Part shown: piece by piece, positions 37,968 to 48,091 of the stretch
Numbering within the stretch: position 1 is the first letter of the stretch
Layout: every line of letters begins with the position of its first letter
Source: an uncultured archaeon
Lineage (GTDB): Archaea; Thermoplasmatota; Thermoplasmata; Thermoplasmatales; Thermoplasmataceae
Assembly (NCBI GenBank): GCA_000965745.1
Contig: CP009479.1
Coordinates: forward strand, 1,504,001-1,568,000
Reading direction: 5' to 3'
DNA length: 64,000 nt
Program-made: the position numbers and the translations under genes
Notes under the pieces: model-generated
Told to the model about the DNA's origin: nothing
The model's database searches: none
What the model saw: only the letters and a program-made list of their open reading frames with translations

Positions 37968-39329
37968 ATGGGAGTATCTCCACTGGATTACCGGTATGGA
38001 AGAGAAGAGGTCAAAAAAATCTTCTCGGAGGACATGAAACTGTATTACATGCTTTTGGTTGAAAAGGCGATTGCCCAGGCAGAAAGTGAAAAGGGCCTCA
38101 TACCGGTTGAAGCCTACAATGAAATAGCGAAGGCAGTGGACTCAGGTGGGGTCAGCCTCAAGCGAGTCAAGGAGATAGAGGCCGAGATAAGCCATGATGC
38201 TATGGCAGTGGTCAAGGCCCTCACTGAAAAATGCGAGCAAGGTGGAAAATATGTGCATTTTGGAGTAACGTCCAATGATATCCTTGACACATCAACTGCC
38301 ATGCAGCTAAAAGAATTCTACCACATCCTTCTGGGAGATCTGTTCGAGATCCAGGAGGCCCTGTCTGGAATTATTACCAAACACAAGAGGACGGCAATGC
38401 TTGGCAGGACTCACGGTCAGTGGGCAAGCCCCATAACGTTCGGCCTCAAAATCTCGGTGTTCTTGACGGAGATAAACAGGCACATCACAAGGCTTCTTGA
38501 GGCTCGAAAACGGATTCTAGTCGGGAAAATATTGGGGCCTGTAGGCACTGGCGCGTCAATTGGCGAGAAAGCCCTCGAAGTGCAGGAAAGGGTAATGCAA
38601 ATCCTGGGGATATTTCCCGAAGACGGCGCAACTCAGATTGTGAACAGAGACAGATATGTGGAATATCTCTCCATAATCAACGGAATTGCAACTTCCCTCG
38701 AAAAATTCGGCACTGAAATCAGAAACCTCCAGAGACCGGAGATCGCTGAAGTTTCCGAGTTCTTCGACCCTTCAAGACAGGTCGGGTCCAGTGCAATGCC
38801 CAGCAAACGCAACCCTATCTCATCAGAAAATGTCTGCAGCCTTTCAAGGCTGATACGAAGCCTCATCATTCCAGAATACGAGGCAGCTGTAACCTGGCAC
38901 GAGCGCGATCTGACCAACAGTGCGCTCGAAAGGTTCACGATACCCTATTCATCAATCCTTATAGATTATACAATCAGGAGGATGGATTCCGTATTCAGGA
39001 ACCTCTACGTAAACACCGAAAGGATGCTGGAGAACGTGAACAGGGACCAGACAATAATGTCCGAGAGTGTGGTTTCCGCTCTGACGAGGAATGGTGTTCC
39101 GAGGCAGGATGCCCATGAACTTGTCAGGAATGCTTCCATGAGGTCGTACGAGAAAAACCAGGCCCTACAGAAATCTTTAATTGAACTTGGTGCCATGAAG
39201 TTAATGGACTCAACCACTCTTGAGAGTGCACTTGAGCCTTCGAATTTTCTTGGCGTATCGGACAGAATATGTGATTCGGTGCTTGGGGCTACTGAAAAGC
39301 TGAGAAGGGACTATGAGAGGGACATTTAA
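37968..39329 (+). CDS. purB: Adenylosuccinate lyase
   Basis: HFGVTSND, GRTHGQ and GSSAMPSKRNP. Confidence 0.95.
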   Translation: MGVSPLDYRYGREEVKKIFSEDMKLYYMLLVEKAIAQAESEKGLIPVEAYNEIAKAVDSGGVSLKRVKEIEAEISHDAMAVVKALTEKCEQGGKYVHFGVTSNDILDTSTAMQLKEFYHILLGDLFEIQEALSGIITKHKRTAMLGRTHGQWASPITFGLKISVFLTEINRHITRLLEARKRILVGKILGPVGTGASIGEKALEVQERVMQILGIFPEDGATQIVNRDRYVEYLSIINGIATSLEKFGTEIRNLQRPEIAEVSEFFDPSRQVGSSAMPSKRNPISSENVCSLSRLIRSLIIPEYEAAVTWHERDLTNSALERFTIPYSSILIDYTIRRMDSVFRNLYVNTERMLENVNRDQTIMSESVVSALTRNGVPRQDAHELVRNASMRSYEKNQALQKSLIELGAMKLMDSTTLESALEPSNFLGVSDRICDSVLGATEKLRRDYERDI

Positions 39330-39916
39330 TGGCAGGAGACTTTGACAGGGAACAGAACCTGAAGGAAAAAATAATTTCGGACCTTACAGAAGGAGAGAAA
39401 TCCATCTCAGGGCTCCAGAAGTCTCTTGAAAGCAAGGGCGTAAATCACCACAGGCTGTACCTTACAGGTTACCTTAAGGCCCTTGTCGATATTGGTTTAC
39501 TCAAGGAAAAAGAAATCAAGCCTGCCAGAATCTATTTCCCACTTTATCACGAATCCAAGGACATCTACGATTACACCGGCAGAATTTCCAGGTTATACGA
39601 TGAAGATTCATCCGGGGACAACGTTCTGATGATTCTCTATACTCTGTTTTCCAGGCCAATTTTCATGAGGGAGATTGAAAGGTGCAATGTTGACCTGCCA
39701 AGGAGCTACAGAAAGGTATCGAGCCAGAAAAGGCTGGATTACATAAAGAAACTTGAAGAGACGGGGATAAAGATACCACAGAACAATATGATGATTGAAC
39801 CAACTCACCGTGACGTTTCTCAGCTTGTGCATTTCATGAGGGAACTGGTAATTTCAGTTTTCGACTTGAAGAGATACACGCTTCCGGAAGAAAGCACACA
39901 GAAAACGCTCGACTGA
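39329..39916 (+). CDS. Winged-helix domain protein
   Basis: SISGL...HRLYLTGYLKALVDIG. Confidence 0.65.
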   Translation: MAGDFDREQNLKEKIISDLTEGEKSISGLQKSLESKGVNHHRLYLTGYLKALVDIGLLKEKEIKPARIYFPLYHESKDIYDYTGRISRLYDEDSSGDNVLMILYTLFSRPIFMREIERCNVDLPRSYRKVSSQKRLDYIKKLEETGIKIPQNNMMIEPTHRDVSQLVHFMRELVISVFDLKRYTLPEESTQKTLD

Positions 39917-39920
39917 TTTT

Positions 39921-40580
39921 TCATTCACGCTCGTGCCTCACAAACAGGCCACTTTCTATCAGAAGGTATCCTCCAGACCCTTTCCAGTGCTTGCTTACTT
40001 TTTCAAGGTCGATCTCCCCAGCCCCGGCCAGGCCTTTGACAAACGTCTCATATTCTCCGCCTTCTCCGGCGACATTTATTCCAATTCTCCTGTCTATATC
40101 GGACATCTTTTCCAGGAATTTTTTGTCGATCTTTCTTCCCAGGTCCTCTTCACCAAGCCCTTCGGCCGATACCGAAACGACTATAGCTTCTATGCCTGCA
40201 CTGATCATTTCTTTGAGAAGCAGGTACTGGCTCTTTCTCCATATCGGCGTGTATGAAACCATGCCAAGTTCGGTACATATTCTCTCTATCCTCGTTTTCT
40301 GGTAATCAGATGCAATTGCTCCAGATATAACGGCCTCAACGCCTTCGGATCTTGCATTTTCCAGTGAAGTCCGGAAATCACGCTCCTTGACATGTTTCAC
40401 ATTAAGGCCCAACAGCTTGGCAGAAAGGTCCGCAGCTGAGGTGTTGGGAAAGTGAAACATCATTGAATACTCTTCAGGGTCTATCGTGATTGCATATTGC
40501 ACATCGAATCCCTGCTCCATAGCTATAAGGGCAGAGAAGAATGAATCTTTTCCCCCGGAGAACAGGGAAACTGCTTTCAT
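39921..40580 (-). CDS. dph6: Diphthine--ammonia ligase
   Basis: SGGKDS, GAIASDYQ and GEGGEYET. Confidence 0.88.
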   Translation of the reverse strand: MKAVSLFSGGKDSFFSALIAMEQGFDVQYAITIDPEEYSMMFHFPNTSAADLSAKLLGLNVKHVKERDFRTSLENARSEGVEAVISGAIASDYQKTRIERICTELGMVSYTPIWRKSQYLLLKEMISAGIEAIVVSVSAEGLGEEDLGRKIDKKFLEKMSDIDRRIGINVAGEGGEYETFVKGLAGAGEIDLEKVSKHWKGSGGYLLIESGLFVRHERE

Positions 40581-40639
40581 ATGAGTCCCATGAGCGCGTT
40601 ATGGTTTTATATATTTAATGAATCACCGAGTTGATAAAA

Positions 40640-41113
40640 ATGGCATTGAAAGTTGGCGACAAAGCGCCGGATTTTGAAGTACCAGACCAGAACCTGAAGG
40701 TAAGAAAGCTTTCAGATTTTAAGGGAAGCAACGTAGTTCTGGCTTTCTTCCCTGGAGCATTTACATCAGTATGCACCAAAGAAATGTGCACTTTCAGGGA
40801 TTCCATGGCGAATCTTAACAAGCTCAACGCAAAGGTTTTGGGTGTAAGTGTTGACCAGCCATTTTCAAACGCCAGGTTCGCAAAGGACAACAACCTGAAC
40901 TTTGACCTTCTCAGTGACCTTGGCAGGGAAGTCAGCAAGAAATATGGCGGTTTGCACGAGAACTTCGTTAACGTCCCCGGTCTCGTAGCTTCAAAGAGGT
41001 CCGTTTTCATAATAGACAGGAATGGCACTGTGAAGTATGCTTGGGTATCAGAAGACCCGGGAGTCGAGCCCGATTACAGGAAAATAGAAGAAGAACTCTC
41101 GAAGATTGAGTAA
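40640..41113 (+). CDS. Peroxiredoxin (Bcp/AhpE-like)
   Basis: [15 protein letters not shown]. Confidence 0.92.
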   Translation: MALKVGDKAPDFEVPDQNLKVRKLSDFKGSNVVLAFFPGAFTSVCTKEMCTFRDSMANLNKLNAKVLGVSVDQPFSNARFAKDNNLNFDLLSDLGREVSKKYGGLHENFVNVPGLVASKRSVFIIDRNGTVKYAWVSEDPGVEPDYRKIEEELSKIE

Positions 41114-41181
41114 ACCTCAACTCTTCCAAGGTTTTTTTATTTTAGAAAATAAGTAATATTTCTGTTATATGTGTGAATTAG

Positions 41182-41649
41182 ATGAATAAGGACATCGCAA
41201 GAAAACTCATAGCAATAGTTGCCAGTGAAAAAAAGAATGTTAATAAATACTCAAGGCAGGATTTCGTTACAGTCCTGTCGTACAAGAGGTCCCTGCTTGA
41301 ACCGGAGGCGGTCGATGAGTTCCTGGCAAAGAGCATGGAATCAGGAATTTTGATAGAAAAAGAAAATAACTATTCCCCAAACTTCAGCACATCCGGGATA
41401 GTTGTTCCACTCGACTTCGCCGTAAGCAAAGAGGACCTTTTTTCTGATTCAGTGGAGAGGCCTCTGGTGGACAGGCTCCTGGATGCTGCGTCTGCTTCGG
41501 GCAAACTTACAAAGAAGGAGGCGATGGCACGCGCAAAAGAACTTCTAAAAAATATGCACTACATCAACTTCGAGATAGCGTTGCTTTCCGTTATTATCGA
41601 TGAGGGCATTGAAGCCGACCACTTCCTCAAGGAAATGGCAGCAGAATGA
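41182..41649 (+). CDS. DUF2240-like archaeal protein
   Basis: F...LSYKR..L.P..V..FL, PNF....VVPLDF. Confidence 0.6.
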   Translation: MNKDIARKLIAIVASEKKNVNKYSRQDFVTVLSYKRSLLEPEAVDEFLAKSMESGILIEKENNYSPNFSTSGIVVPLDFAVSKEDLFSDSVERPLVDRLLDAASASGKLTKKEAMARAKELLKNMHYINFEIALLSVIIDEGIEADHFLKEMAAE

Positions 41650-41652
41650 TTT

Positions 41653-42393
41653 TCAGGCCCCTTCGAGCCTCTGGGCTATCTTGATCGCCTGCTCAACATC
41701 TTCCATTTCCATGGCGATGTCAGAAGCCATGTCGTACATATAGTCAAATGACTGCTTGAATGCCTTTTTCTCTTTCTTGTTCTTGATCTGGGAAGAAATC
41801 TTGTCTATGAGGTCTAGTGAATCCAAGGCTATCTTGAATGCACCTTTCTCGTCCCCATTTTTCCTCATGAGTGCTAGCTTTCCGTGAAGGGCTTCAAAAT
41901 AGTTGTCCCAGTCTCCTGATTCTCCTGCGCTTGAAAGAACCTTCTCATAAATGTCCACAGCTTCCTTCTGTCTGCTTTTCTCCTTCGACAGGAGCTCTGC
42001 CTTGGCGAGAAGGCTTATGTTAATCAGCACATCATCATTGACAGACCCAGCTCTCTTTGCAGCCTCTTCAAAGAATTCAACGCTCTTCCCTTTAGACCCG
42101 CCATCCATCTCAATATATCCAAGGTTTAGGAGATCCATTATCTGCAGATCCAATTCATCCGTCTTCTCGTGAACCTCAAGAGCTTTTTTTCCATAATCCA
42201 GGGAGTTTTCGTTGTTCTTGGGCTGAAAAGCGTAATAAGCCTGTGAAATTTTGTAATACAACTCCCCTGCCACCGAACTAGATTTGTCCTCTACGGACTC
42301 CAATGCCTTCGTGTATTCTCTTATGGCATCGATGTATTTCTCTTTCTGGAGGCTCTTGTCGCCTGACTTCATTAGATCTTCGACGTTTTCCAT
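41653..42393 (-). CDS. TPR-repeat protein
   Basis: Helical repeats such as YIDAIREYTKALE and LLNLGYI. Confidence 0.75.
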   Translation of the reverse strand: MENVEDLMKSGDKSLQKEKYIDAIREYTKALESVEDKSSSVAGELYYKISQAYYAFQPKNNENSLDYGKKALEVHEKTDELDLQIMDLLNLGYIEMDGGSKGKSVEFFEEAAKRAGSVNDDVLINISLLAKAELLSKEKSRQKEAVDIYEKVLSSAGESGDWDNYFEALHGKLALMRKNGDEKGAFKIALDSLDLIDKISSQIKNKKEKKAFKQSFDYMYDMASDIAMEMEDVEQAIKIAQRLEGA

Positions 42394-42424
42394 TTGATTC
42401 TGACCTCTAATAATGGATTAATAT

Positions 42425-43696
42425 TTATTTGTTGGCTGAAAGCTTCTCCAAAATCTCTTTTGCACGAGTCATTGTAATGTTCTTCTCATCTATCATCATC
42501 TGTGAAACTTCGTCTATAAGAGTACCCTTTGCTCCAGCTGAGAGGGCAAGCTGTCTTGCATGAAGCTCCATGTGCCCTCTTTGAATTCCTTCGGTAGCAA
42601 GCGCCCTTACGGCGGAAAAATTCTGTGAAAGGCCAACAGCCGCCAGCACATTGGCAAACTCCCTGGAATCTTTGATTCCCAGTATCTTTTTCGCAATCCT
42701 GGCCTTGGGGACATTAGCGGTTGCTCCTCCAACTGTTCCTACTGCCAGCGGTATTTCTATGGATGCCAGGATGTCTCCGTTTTCATCCTTTTCATATTTT
42801 GTCAGTGATGTGTAAGAAGAAAGTGCGGCATAAGCATGTGCCCCGGCCTCAATGGCTCTCCAGTCGTTGAGTGTAGCGAGTACAACGGCATCTATGCCGT
42901 TCATTATCCCCTTGTTGTGGGTAGCTGCCCTGAAAGGATCCTGTGCTGCAAATTTGTAAGCACTGATGATGGAGTCTACAACTTCCTCTCCACCTAGATC
43001 CTCTTTCCTGAACTTTGCCCTGGCCCTAGAAAGCCTGTGCACACTCAGATTGCTCAATATTCTCAGATTGACCTTCGCGCCTGTCAGTTTTTCGATCATG
43101 GGGGCAATATATTCACACATGCTGTTGACCACATTGGCGCCCATTGCATCCTGGACATCAACCAGAATGTGAACTACTATCATCCTGTATGGCGAATCAA
43201 ATACCCTTACCTCAAGGTCCTTCGCTCCAGCATTGAGCTCGGCAAGGGTCTTGCTTCTCGTATTTGCTGCCTTAATTATTTCAGCCTTGTTCTCCAGGAT
43301 CTTCTTCTTAGTCGCTTCTGAAGATTCATACCCTTCAAGCTGTATTTGCCCTATCATGATGGGATTGGTGGATTCGCAGTAAAATCCGCCGGTCTCCCTC
43401 GCAACTTTCGCAGAATTTGAACAGGCTGCAACAACTGAGGGCTCCTCAATCGCCATTGGGATAAGATAATCTTTGTCGTTGATTCTGAAGTTTGTTGCTA
43501 CTCCTAGTGGGATCTCTATCGTGGAAATCGTATTCTCTATCAGGTGGTCCGCAACTTCTATTGGAAGGGTCCCAGTGTTTTCCAGTGTGCTCATTTCTTC
43601 TTGTGAAAGGTTGCAGAATTTCCTGACAAACTCAAGCCTTTCCCCTACTTTCAGCTTGTAGAAGCCTGAGACTTGAGAGCTTAACTTCTCTTCCAT
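42425..43696 (-). CDS. HMG-CoA reductase, class II
   Basis: IEN, EEPSVVAA, DAMGAN, THNKG and GIQRGHMELH. Confidence 0.93.
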   Translation of the reverse strand: MEEKLSSQVSGFYKLKVGERLEFVRKFCNLSQEEMSTLENTGTLPIEVADHLIENTISTIEIPLGVATNFRINDKDYLIPMAIEEPSVVAACSNSAKVARETGGFYCESTNPIMIGQIQLEGYESSEATKKKILENKAEIIKAANTRSKTLAELNAGAKDLEVRVFDSPYRMIVVHILVDVQDAMGANVVNSMCEYIAPMIEKLTGAKVNLRILSNLSVHRLSRARAKFRKEDLGGEEVVDSIISAYKFAAQDPFRAATHNKGIMNGIDAVVLATLNDWRAIEAGAHAYAALSSYTSLTKYEKDENGDILASIEIPLAVGTVGGATANVPKARIAKKILGIKDSREFANVLAAVGLSQNFSAVRALATEGIQRGHMELHARQLALSAGAKGTLIDEVSQMMIDEKNITMTRAKEILEKLSANK

Positions 43697-44130
43697 TGGG
43701 ACGCGTATTTGCAACGAATTAATAAATTGGATCTCCTCTGCATATTGTGGGCAACACCCCGGAGGAGTCGGGTGTGGGAACTGTGCAATTTGGAAAGTCA
43801 GGAAGCATCATAAGACAGGATAAAGGTAGCGGGGAATGGGATGATGGTGAAGAAAGGATCAGAAAGGCACTACTGAATGCAGTAGAAGATGGGATAATAG
43901 ATGCAGCCTGTCACCCTCTGTGCTTAAGAATCTCGGGATGATCGACTCACTCGATGTTGACTACTGTCGTAGATTGTGCGGGAGAACCATAATGCCCATG
44001 GCTGTATGTCAGAAGTATGTCCCGTATGGATCTGTTGTACAACTCGATGTACTCGAATTGTACATAATTATTTCAAACCTGGATTTTTATCAGGAAACAT
44101 ATTTAACATGCACAGAGATTAGACTTCTCA

Positions 44131-45051
44131 ATGTTAAAAAACAAGAGCGTTGTTTCCATCGATGACGTTTCGGATGAGGATATACTTGAGGTTTTCAAGG
44201 TAAGTGACCAGATGTCAAAACTAATCTCGGAAGGGAAAAAATCAGAAATTCTTTCATCCAGAATCATGGCAACATTCTTTTACGAGCCCAGCACACGAAC
44301 TCGACTCTCCTTTGAAAGCGCCATGCACCGGCTGGGAGGGTCGGTGATCAGTGTTTCTGAAGCGTCATCGTCATCTGTTGCAAAGGGGGAAACCCTTGCA
44401 GATACAATTCGAATGGCGGATGCTTATTCTGATGTGATTGTGATAAGGCATCCGCTTGAGGGTTCCGCAAGGCTTGCCTCAAAGTTTTCCTCAAAGCCGG
44501 TGGTCAACGCAGGCGACGGCGCAGGACAGCATCCAACGCAGACTTTGCTTGACCTTTACACTATCAAGAAGGAGTTCGGAAAGCTGGATGGGCTGAAGAT
44601 ATCAATGGTGGGTGACCTGAAGTATGGCCGGACAGTACACTCATTGATAAGGGCGCTTAGCAGGTTTGACGTTGAAATAAACCTCATTTCCCCCTCAATT
44701 CTGCGTATTCCTCAGCACGTTATGTCCAGGTTGCCAGCGAGAACAAAAATTACAATATCGGATAACATTGAGGAAGACATTGAGAATTCTGACGTCTTCT
44801 ACGTGACAAGAATACAGAAAGAGAGGTTTACTGACCAGAATGAATACAGGAGTGTTATCGGGTCATATTCAATCGATGGTGGGCTTGCTGGAAAGATGAA
44901 GAAGAATGCTATCCTGATGCATCCGCTCCCAAGGATTGATGAAATTGCCCCTGAGGTTGACTATATGCCACAGGCCAGATACTTCAAGGAGGCAGCAAAT
45001 GGAATACCGGTTAGGATGGCGCTTCTATCCATGATACTGGGGGGAGAGTAA
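44131..45051 (+). CDS. pyrB: Aspartate carbamoyltransferase catalytic subunit
   Basis: [21 protein letters not shown] and HPLP. Confidence 0.96.
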   Translation: MLKNKSVVSIDDVSDEDILEVFKVSDQMSKLISEGKKSEILSSRIMATFFYEPSTRTRLSFESAMHRLGGSVISVSEASSSSVAKGETLADTIRMADAYSDVIVIRHPLEGSARLASKFSSKPVVNAGDGAGQHPTQTLLDLYTIKKEFGKLDGLKISMVGDLKYGRTVHSLIRALSRFDVEINLISPSILRIPQHVMSRLPARTKITISDNIEEDIENSDVFYVTRIQKERFTDQNEYRSVIGSYSIDGGLAGKMKKNAILMHPLPRIDEIAPEVDYMPQARYFKEAANGIPVRMALLSMILGGE

Positions 45052-45515
45052 TGGTAGATAAGACTTTAAAAATATCAAAAATCAAGGACGGCACCGTCAT
45101 TGACCACATTCCTGCAGGCAAAGCGCTTAAGGTGCTCAATATCCTCAACATAAGTGAGGATGTAAGCTCGTCGGTAAGCATAGGCATACATGTCCCGAGC
45201 GGTAAGTTTGGCTACAAGGATGTGATCAAAATAGAAAACAGGTTCCTCGAAAAAATTGAGCTTGATATGATTTCACTTATCGCCCCTGAAGCTTCAATCA
45301 GTATTGTAACAGACTACTCCATCAAGGAAAAGTTCAACGTTGAACTTCCGCAGACGCTTCTTGGCCTGATCAACTGCGCAAACCAGAACTGTATTACCAA
45401 CGGGAATGAGCCAGTAAAGAGTGAATTTGAAACAATATCAAGAAACCCGATCAGTGTCAGGTGCAGGTACTGTGAGAGGGAAATGAACTATAAGGAAATT
45501 CAAGCAAGCATGTGA
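45051..45515 (+). CDS. pyrI: Aspartate carbamoyltransferase regulatory subunit
   Basis: GTVIDHI, C.N.NC and CRYCE. Confidence 0.95.
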   Translation: MVDKTLKISKIKDGTVIDHIPAGKALKVLNILNISEDVSSSVSIGIHVPSGKFGYKDVIKIENRFLEKIELDMISLIAPEASISIVTDYSIKEKFNVELPQTLLGLINCANQNCITNGNEPVKSEFETISRNPISVRCRYCEREMNYKEIQASM

Positions 45516-45581
45516 GTTCAAAACACATTTTTTGCAATTAATGAGTATAAATGAATGCTGGGTGGTATTCCGGCATATCGC

Positions 45582-46340
45582 CTATGAGGCCAGAATCTGC
45601 ATTTTAAGAAGGTTAGCCTTGGCTGCCAGTTTTCTTGAAAACTCATTCACCCTTTTTGCCACCATCTGGTAGAACTCCCCTGAGAGGTATTCTCTTGAAG
45701 ACGCGTATGAATCCTCAATGAACGTCACAACTCCTGCTCCCTTCTCTTTCAGTTCGTCCAGCCCGGAATTTACCATTTCAAGATTGCTAAAGGCCAGGTT
45801 TTTTGGAATTGTTACAACATTCAGGTGAGGAATGCCTTTCTTGGAGAGTAGGCTTGAGAGTGATATGTGCATTCTTTGCGATAGCATCTCTCCAAAATTG
45901 CTGAGCAGGATAAATGAAGATGAATTGCTTGTTGAGGATAGAATTTTAGCAGAAGTAGCGTCCGGGTTGAGATTGAATTCCTTCTCGTCAACGTTGAGCT
46001 TCCCAATGGTGTGATCGCCTGCTATGAAGTCCAGTGCAACTTTTCCACCCATGGAGGACGAACTGAGGCTTCTCACGTATTCCATGTGGTCCAACTCGTC
46101 CTTGAATGTGTGGATTAGCTTCCTCCCGACCAGCGACACTATGTTGCCTTTGGCAATTCCTTCTCCACTCTCAACCGATATCAGTTCAGTACCCATAACT
46201 GCCCTTGAAGCCAGTCTGGAAATTACGTTCTTCCCAGATTTTCCGAAGGCAATGATGGAATTGTCTTTTCTTCCAGAATAATACTCAGATGCTGCGTTCA
46301 GGCAGTCATCCCTAATTGTCTCGCTCCAACCAACCAACAT
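45582..46340 (-). CDS. Degenerate FtsZ/tubulin-like N-terminal domain protein
   Basis: Colinear by eye with the FtsZ at 32534 (IIAFGKSGKNVISRL; FILLSNFG; KKGIPHLNVVTIP; GLDEL). It lacks GGGTGTG and the C-terminal domain. Confidence 0.6.
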   Translation of the reverse strand: MLVGWSETIRDDCLNAASEYYSGRKDNSIIAFGKSGKNVISRLASRAVMGTELISVESGEGIAKGNIVSLVGRKLIHTFKDELDHMEYVRSLSSSSMGGKVALDFIAGDHTIGKLNVDEKEFNLNPDATSAKILSSTSNSSSFILLSNFGEMLSQRMHISLSSLLSKKGIPHLNVVTIPKNLAFSNLEMVNSGLDELKEKGAGVVTFIEDSYASSREYLSGEFYQMVAKRVNEFSRKLAAKANLLKMQILAS

Positions 46341-46355
46341 TTTGAATCACCCAGA

Positions 46356-46751
46356 TTAAATCTCATTTTCTTTTGTAAGGTCAAAATTTTCAAGATCATA
46401 CATCTCTCTCTGTATATTCTTGTACTGCTCCACTTTTTCCCTGATGATCTTTGTTACCAGGCCATTAATCATTGCCTGGTTTGCTATATCAACAATTGCG
46501 TCTTCTATTGAGTAGAAGAACCCTTTGTCTTTTGCGCTTTGAAGGGTTTTCAGAAGAACTTTGTCTATCTTCAGGTTAATTCCGGAGGTGTCTAATATCC
46601 CGACTCTGAGCTGTGTCATGAGTTCCACCGCAGCATGCCTCATAAACTCTGATCTGCTGCCGAACCTCTGGTTTTTTTCAAGAAAACTGTCTATCTCCAT
46701 TAGATCGTCTTCCGAAATTCTCAATGTAATCTTTGTATCTCTCTGACTCAA
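46356..46751 (-). CDS. Ribbon-helix-helix regulator, CdrS-like
   Basis: KITLRI...EIDSFL...FGSRSEFMRHAAVELM, with a C-terminal extension. Confidence 0.75.
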   Translation of the reverse strand: MSQRDTKITLRISEDDLMEIDSFLEKNQRFGSRSEFMRHAAVELMTQLRVGILDTSGINLKIDKVLLKTLQSAKDKGFFYSIEDAIVDIANQAMINGLVTKIIREKVEQYKNIQREMYDLENFDLTKENEI

Positions 46752-47048
46752 GTGTGCTTTGACCTCTAAGTTTAATCTTAAGGTATATATATAAAGCTTT
46801 TTACGATGTAAGACAAATTAAATATTGATACTTTTAAATATATTTTTAAATATGTACCAATAATCTAATTCTTTAGCAGATTATACTAAGTCATGGTATA
46901 AACAGATATGTCTTCTTTATTAAATTTCGTCTGACGTTGTATATCTTTATAATACGTATAAAATTAAATTAACACCCACACTTGCTTTCTCACCACTTCC
47001 ATTCAGCTCTATTGGTAAGGTTATTAAAGGCGCCTCGAATTTGGACGC

Positions 47049-47669
47049 ATGGCACAGAATGAATATGAAGAGCTGCTGAATCGAGCGAGCGGCATATTTT
47101 CAAAATCCACTCAAAGTGAGGCAAGATTAAAGATTCCTGATCCCGACATAATAAGGGAGGGAAAGTCGACAATTGTGAGGAACTTCCAGGATATTGCTGA
47201 TATGATAAACCGAGATCCAAAGCATATTTCTAAATTTCTGATGAAGGAATTTGGTATCGGAGTAACAATATCTGGAAGGCGGCTAATAATAAACAGGAAG
47301 GTCACCTATGAGCAGATTTCAAGCAAGATAAGCCAGTACATCGATTCGTATGTCAACTGTTACGAATGCGGCTCCCCTGATACTGAATTCCTCAAGGTTG
47401 GAAGAACGAATCTTCTTTCATGCAAGGCCTGTGGCGCCCAGCACCCGATAAAGCTTGCGAGAGAATCAAGGTTTGAAGAAACTCAGCTTGAAGAGGGCAA
47501 ACAGTACGTGGTCGAGATAACGGAAAAAGGAAGTTCAGGGGAAGGAAGGGCGATGTTCAGGGGCTACAGCCTTTTTGTCCCGGGGGCAAAGAAGGGTGAA
47601 ACCGTCAAGGTACTAATAAAAAGGATCAAGCGGGGAATGGCTATAGCTGAGGTTGTTGACAAGGAATAG
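47049..47669 (+). CDS. Translation initiation factor aIF-2 beta with TRAM domain
   Basis: YEELLNRA, CYECGSPDT, CKACGA and a C-terminal TRAM domain. Confidence 0.93.
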   Translation: MAQNEYEELLNRASGIFSKSTQSEARLKIPDPDIIREGKSTIVRNFQDIADMINRDPKHISKFLMKEFGIGVTISGRRLIINRKVTYEQISSKISQYIDSYVNCYECGSPDTEFLKVGRTNLLSCKACGAQHPIKLARESRFEETQLEEGKQYVVEITEKGSSGEGRAMFRGYSLFVPGAKKGETVKVLIKRIKRGMAIAEVVDKE

Positions 47670-47678
47670 GCGGTTCTT

Positions 47679-48050
47679 ATAGGATCATCCACTCTACCGC
47701 AGGTAATACTCGACACTAATTCCATTATCTACTCCATAAAGAATAAAATCGACCTGAAGGCCTTACTGGAAAGGTTCAGCGAACTCGGGCCTGCGAAAAT
47801 TCCCCAGTGTGTAATAGATGAACTGTCAGGACTTTCTGAATCTGTCCCGGAAGCCAGGGCTGCGCTCAAGATGGCAGAAAGGTTCGAAGTAATTCATACT
47901 CAGGGAAAAGGGGATGACTGTATAATAGAAAAGGCAATTGAGACAGGTTCTGCGGTCCTGACAAATGACAGGGGGCTCGCCAGAAGGCTTAAAGAATCAG
48001 GAATAAGGGTCATATCCATCAGGGGCGGGAAAACAATAGATTTTGTATGA
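47679..48050 (+). CDS. PIN-domain protein (Fcf1/Utp24-like), missed by ORF track
   Basis: Open frame with VILDTN, IPQCVIDEL, GDD and VLTNDRGL. The only plausible start is ATA at 47679. Confidence 0.8.
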   Translation: MGSSTLPQVILDTNSIIYSIKNKIDLKALLERFSELGPAKIPQCVIDELSGLSESVPEARAALKMAERFEVIHTQGKGDDCIIEKAIETGSAVLTNDRGLARRLKESGIRVISIRGGKTIDFV

Positions 48051-48091
48051 TTTGCGTATCTCCAAGAATAATCTGAAATTTAAATGCGGAG

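Noticed and set aside
42425-43696. Class II HMG-CoA reductase in an archaeon
   Set aside because: Already known from Thermoplasmatales and Archaeoglobus.
43747-44100. Short ORFs between HMG-CoA reductase and pyrB
   Set aside because: No recognisable motifs; possibly a decayed gene, but not supportable.
47667-47669. Pyrrolysine decoding of the in-frame TAG
   Set aside because: No pyl genes in the window, and TAG is used as a normal stop elsewhere.
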